A program made the translations under genes and the position numbers. Below the pieces are notes generated by a model that was not told where the DNA came from, made no database searches, and saw only the letters and a program-made list of their open reading frames with translations. DNA of 29,839 nucleotides from Halalkalibacterium halodurans. GTDB lineage: Bacteria > Bacillota > Bacilli > Bacillales > Bacillaceae_D. Within the stretch, counting starts at the first letter, position 1. Each line of letters begins with the position of its first letter. This document shows, piece by piece, positions 26,873-29,839 of this stretch. The stretch is taken from the NCBI RefSeq assembly GCF_004376175.1, contig NZ_SNUY01000015.1, positions 32,411-62,249 of the forward strand. The letters run 5' to 3'.

Positions 26873-27086
26873 TCAGAACATTAATACACTCTCTTCTTCA
26901 TTATCTGAAAGTAACTTATGCCCACCAGATTTAGTCCAAGCCGATAAGTTATTTTTGCTTTCTTTCTGTCGCATGAATCTCTAAAGCCTGATCTGATTCC
27001 ATCTCACTTAATGCTTTCTTCCCTTTTATAATTGATATTGGACAATCTAGACCTTTCCCATCAAGAAATTTTATCTGTTTTTTTAT
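26873..27086 (-). pseudogene. TusA paralog with a degenerate start (ATA) and a frameshift
   Basis: GGAGG plus 8 nt precedes ATA AAA AAA CAG..., giving IKKQIKFLDGKGLDCPISIIKGKKALSEMESDQALEIHATERKQK*. The shifted frame continues KESKNNLSAWTKSGGHKLLSDNEEESVLMF*. This parallels the intact TusA C-terminus ([31 protein letters not shown]). Confidence 0.6.
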
Positions 27087-27122
27087 TTTAGTAGCCTCCT
27101 TTTTATATCTATACACATACCT

Positions 27123-27138
27123 ATACCCATACAGGTAT
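27123..27138. promoter_or_regulatory. Operator-like palindrome ATACCTGTATGGGTAT (minus strand) just downstream of TTGACA-N16-TAAAAT
   Basis: An exact ATACCT-N4-GGGTAT match. The promoter hexamers were read on the minus strand at about 27167-27140. Confidence 0.5.
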
Positions 27139-27255
27139 TTTAATAGATTAAAAATTTTTGTCAAGAGCATTTTAATTCGTTGATCAAAGTCCATTAAACC
27201 TATAGGGGTGTTGTAATTGATATCACTCACCCCTGTGAATCAATTTATTTATATA

Positions 27256-27516
27256 CTATCTGCTTTTCACTAATAAATTCACGGCTTCTTGAATAAGCGC
27301 TTCCGTGTCTTCACCTTTTACAATTTGCTCACGAACACACCGCTCTAAGTTAGAGCTTACGACTAAACCAATCGCACGATCCAATGCATTTCTTGCCGCT
27401 GACATTTGAACGACAAGCTCCTTACAGTCCTTCCCTTCTTCCATCATTCTAAGAATAGCTCTAACTTGTCCTTCTACACGTTTTACTCTGTTTTTCATTT
27501 TGTCATTGTACTCCAT
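27256..27516 (-). CDS. CsoR/CstR-family (DUF156, YrkD-like) repressor
   Basis: ATG 27516 follows AAGGAGGG. MEYNDKMKNRVKRVEGQVRAILRMMEEGKDCKELVVQMSAARNALDR...ERCV carries the two Cys residues of the CsoR-like four-helix-bundle family. Confidence 0.85.
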   Translation of the reverse strand: MEYNDKMKNRVKRVEGQVRAILRMMEEGKDCKELVVQMSAARNALDRAIGLVVSSNLERCVREQIVKGEDTEALIQEAVNLLVKSR

Positions 27517-27693
27517 AGAATTCCCTCCTTGTTTGGTTCTAAAGTTGAGCCTAGTCCTTATATCAAGCACGATAGTATGATCTTGATCATTTATTTTCCA
27601 GTTTCAACACAAATTAAAACCAATTTCATATAAGAAACCGATAAAATAACTATAAATACAATTATAATAGTCGTCATATAAGCCACTTAGAAG

Positions 27694-28083
27694 TTATTTT
27701 ATAACCTCACCTTTCCATGAAAGCATTCCGCCTTTTACATTGACTAAATTTTGATAACCAAGATCTTTTAATGCATTTGCAGCTTGAAGACTTCTGTTAC
27801 CACTGCGGCAGATGAGGACTATTGTATGATCTTTAGGAATAAGGTCGGTATTATTGTCCAGTGTACTCAAAGGAATATTTATCATACCATCTATATGCCC
27901 CTCTTTAAATTCAAAAGGCTCACGAACATCAACAAAGAAATAATCTTCATTTTGCTTATTCATTAATTTGGCTAATTGTTCCGTGCTAATTTCATCTATG
28001 GCTGCATTAAGCGCTAGTTTATATCCCAAAAATCCAATTAGTATGGCTATAGGGATTATGATATGCCAACACTTCTTTATCAA
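27694..28083 (-). CDS. Membrane-anchored single-domain rhodanese
   Basis: TTG start 7 nt after GAGGGGGGG. An N-terminal TM helix is followed by VDVREPFEFKEGHIDGMINIPL and the active-site loop ICRSGNRS. Confidence 0.85.
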   Translation of the reverse strand: MIKKCWHIIIPIAILIGFLGYKLALNAAIDEISTEQLAKLMNKQNEDYFFVDVREPFEFKEGHIDGMINIPLSTLDNNTDLIPKDHTIVLICRSGNRSLQAANALKDLGYQNLVNVKGGMLSWKGEVIK

Positions 28084-28114
28084 TTATCTGCCCCCCCTCG
28101 TTGTTTATATCCAT

Positions 28115-28143
28115 ATTATATACCCTGGTAGGTATAAAAGCAA
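28115..28143 (-). promoter_or_regulatory. TTGCTT-N17-TATAAT promoter with the operator-like palindrome ATACCTACCAGGGTAT filling the spacer
   Basis: The -35 is at 28143-28138 and the -10 at 28120-28115. The palindrome is at 28120-28135, an exact ATACCT-N4-GGGTAT match. This is the first promoter of the minus-strand sulfur cluster. Confidence 0.55.
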
Positions 28144-28285
28144 CTCTAAATTTCATACTAAGATTTACTGCGTCTTTCGTATTCATCATATTTTTCAACT
28201 ATAAATCGTAAGAATAAAAAACGTAAACAATGATGCTAACCTAGGAATATTACAATTCGAATAGCCCAAGGGGAGTGTATGTTAT

Positions 28286-29089
28286 ATGCCTGTTGTAAGA
28301 CAATCACATGTCGTTTACACCGTTCAGCCAGGCGATACGTTATCTGCAATCGCTGCACGTTTTGGCAGTACAGTCCTAGAAATTCAACGGGCGAACCTAC
28401 AGGATCCTCGTTTCATCGATCCCAATGTCATTTTTCCAGGCTGGACACTTGTTATTCCTGTCCCTACCGTACGCCCCTTTGACACCACCTATCTTCCGGT
28501 CCCTGGAGATACACTTTTTCGGATTAGTCAGCGATTTTCAGCACATTTCGACCTTATCGCCGGAGTTAATAGACTCCAGGATCCGAACCTTATTTTTGTT
28601 GGGCAGCTTCTCTGGGTTCCAGCCTTTGTGTACGAAATTGAAGTAGGGGATACTCTATTTGGGATTTCTAGACGCTTTCAAATTCCGATAACAAAAATTT
28701 TAGCAGCAAACGAAGGTCGTCCTGGATTTTCACTTGATTTCATTTTTGTCGGTTTTCGTTTACTCCTTCCACTTCCGTCATCAAGAAATATCGTAGTCAC
28801 TCATCCGTTTCCAGGGGATATTATGCCAAGCAGAGAGCTTGTGGAAGGCTTCGCTCGTGTATTTGAGACCAATGTATTGATGCAGATTCGGGATGATAAC
28901 GGGGTGATCGTCTCAGCAGAACGCTTTACGACAGCACTTGAAGGTCCACCTGCATACGGTTATTTTTCTGGAACCGTTCTCATTGATCGACCACCTACCT
29001 CACCTAGCGGACAATTATGGGTATATTCTCGCAGTCCAGTCGACGGCAGTATTATAGATCTTGTACAAGTAAGAGTTTACTTTATGTAA
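28286..29089 (+). CDS. Protein with three LysM domains and a C-terminal Gmad2/Ig-like domain
   Basis: There are three YxVxxGDTLxxIxxRF...I..(A)N LysM repeats: YTVQPGDTLSAIAARF, YLPVPGDTLFRISQRF, YEIEVGDTLFGISRRF. A beta-rich C-terminal domain follows. Confidence 0.8.
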   Translation: MPVVRQSHVVYTVQPGDTLSAIAARFGSTVLEIQRANLQDPRFIDPNVIFPGWTLVIPVPTVRPFDTTYLPVPGDTLFRISQRFSAHFDLIAGVNRLQDPNLIFVGQLLWVPAFVYEIEVGDTLFGISRRFQIPITKILAANEGRPGFSLDFIFVGFRLLLPLPSSRNIVVTHPFPGDIMPSRELVEGFARVFETNVLMQIRDDNGVIVSAERFTTALEGPPAYGYFSGTVLIDRPPTSPSGQLWVYSRSPVDGSIIDLVQVRVYFM

Positions 29090-29429
29090 TGCATCGGGAC
29101 GTTTCTTTTTCTCCCTTTCCTTCTCAGAACTAGAGAACCGTCCCCATGCTTTCGCTTCCATATTCTCGCTTTCGGTAGATGAACAAGATAATATGTTCTA
29201 ATCCACATATAAATGCATAACATTTTCTTTTTTCTTATACCTTCCCTTTAATACTCCTATCCCATCAATTATAATACCTGAATTATTCATAAAAAATCTT
29301 TGATAACCAAATAATGCTTATCTATCAAGTAATTGAGCTAAATGGTCCATGCATCAAATAAATGAAAAAAGAATCCATTTCTGATATGGTTAAAGCAACT
29401 ACGAAATAACCACAGAAAGGATTCTTATA

Positions 29430-29839
29430 ATGGCTACTTTACCGCAACTAACACTAGATTTCAATCGTCAAATTAAATTGTCAACTGATGGAGGCTCTCT
29501 TTCTTCTGATACAGGTGAATTCGTTTTTCGAGAGTTTGATGAAAAAATCGGATTCTCTGAGACTCTTGTTCAACACCTGCATTTGAATGACGAGAGAAAA
29601 TACTATCTTCATTCGAATGAAAATCTCTTTCGTCAAAAGATTTATCAACTCATCGCTGGTTATGCTGAGGATGATGCGGCCGATCAATTGACGAATGATC
29701 CTGTTTTCACCCAAATGATTGGGACTGACTCCTTAGCTTCTCAACCAAGTTTATCTCGCTTTTATACACGATTTGATCATGAGTCCATTGAACAATTACA
29801 TCACGCTAACCAAGAACTTTTAGATAAAGTACATGAACT
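29430..29839 (+). CDS. IS1380-family transposase, 5' partial (runs off the window)
   Basis: It is absent from the track because no stop is reached. ATG 29430 follows AGAAAGGA. My translation is MATLPQLTLDFNRQIKLSTDGGSLSSDTGEFVFREFDEKIGFSETLVQHLHLNDERKYYLHSNENLFRQKIYQLIAGYAEDDAADQLTNDPVFTQ..., which matches the conserved IS1380-type N-terminus. Confidence 0.8.
   Translation, partial: MATLPQLTLDFNRQIKLSTDGGSLSSDTGEFVFREFDEKIGFSETLVQHLHLNDERKYYLHSNENLFRQKIYQLIAGYAEDDAADQLTNDPVFTQMIGTDSLASQPSLSRFYTRFDHESIEQLHHANQELLDKVHE

Noticed and set aside
1-29839. Search for tRNA, rRNA, CRISPR arrays, or defence-system genes (restriction, toxin-antitoxin, Cas, retron RT)
   Set aside because: I saw no T-loop/acceptor patterns, no regularly spaced direct repeats other than the protease tandem repeat, and no ORF with the corresponding motifs.

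Overview
This is a low-GC, Bacillaceae-like chromosomal segment (BmrA-like exporter, uxuA/uxuB, yrk/cst-type sulfur genes) with no rRNA, tRNA or CRISPR array. Gene order, left to right: a TetR gene with an in-frame stop; a small lipoprotein; a PadR / DUF1700 membrane protein / membrane-anchored serine hydrolase operon; a UvrA paralog lacking the UvrB-binding insert, split by an in-frame TAA; a BmrA-like ABC exporter; a frameshifted CDF cation-efflux gene; and an AraC regulator divergent from a Gfo/Idh/MocA-ThuA-Gfo/Idh/MocA sugar operon. Next comes a decayed hexuronate operon, in which uxuB and uxuA are intact and the 3' third of uxaC is fused in frame to the 5' two-thirds of an S51 peptidase E-like gene. 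After it lie a sortase-type S8 protease with a 3 x 102-nt acidic tandem repeat, an IS110-family element, and an ArsR-SRPBCC pair. A roughly 5.6 kb cst/yrk-like persulfide-handling cluster follows (CsoR/CstR-like repressor, rhodaneses, TusA, DsrE-like protein, MBL-rhodanese, TauE). It carries repeated ATACCT-N4-GGGTAT operator-like palindromes and several decayed paralogs. The window ends with a 3xLysM protein and the 5' end of an IS1380-family transposase. The most interesting item is the IS110-family element. Its left end holds only a promoter and a short UTR, but about 400 nt of structured, non-coding sequence follows the recombinase stop codon. That fits an RE-encoded bridge/guide RNA of the IS1111 type, which I could not verify without covariance-model or transcript data. 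The second theme is an unusually high density of disrupted genes, at least eight in 30 kb.
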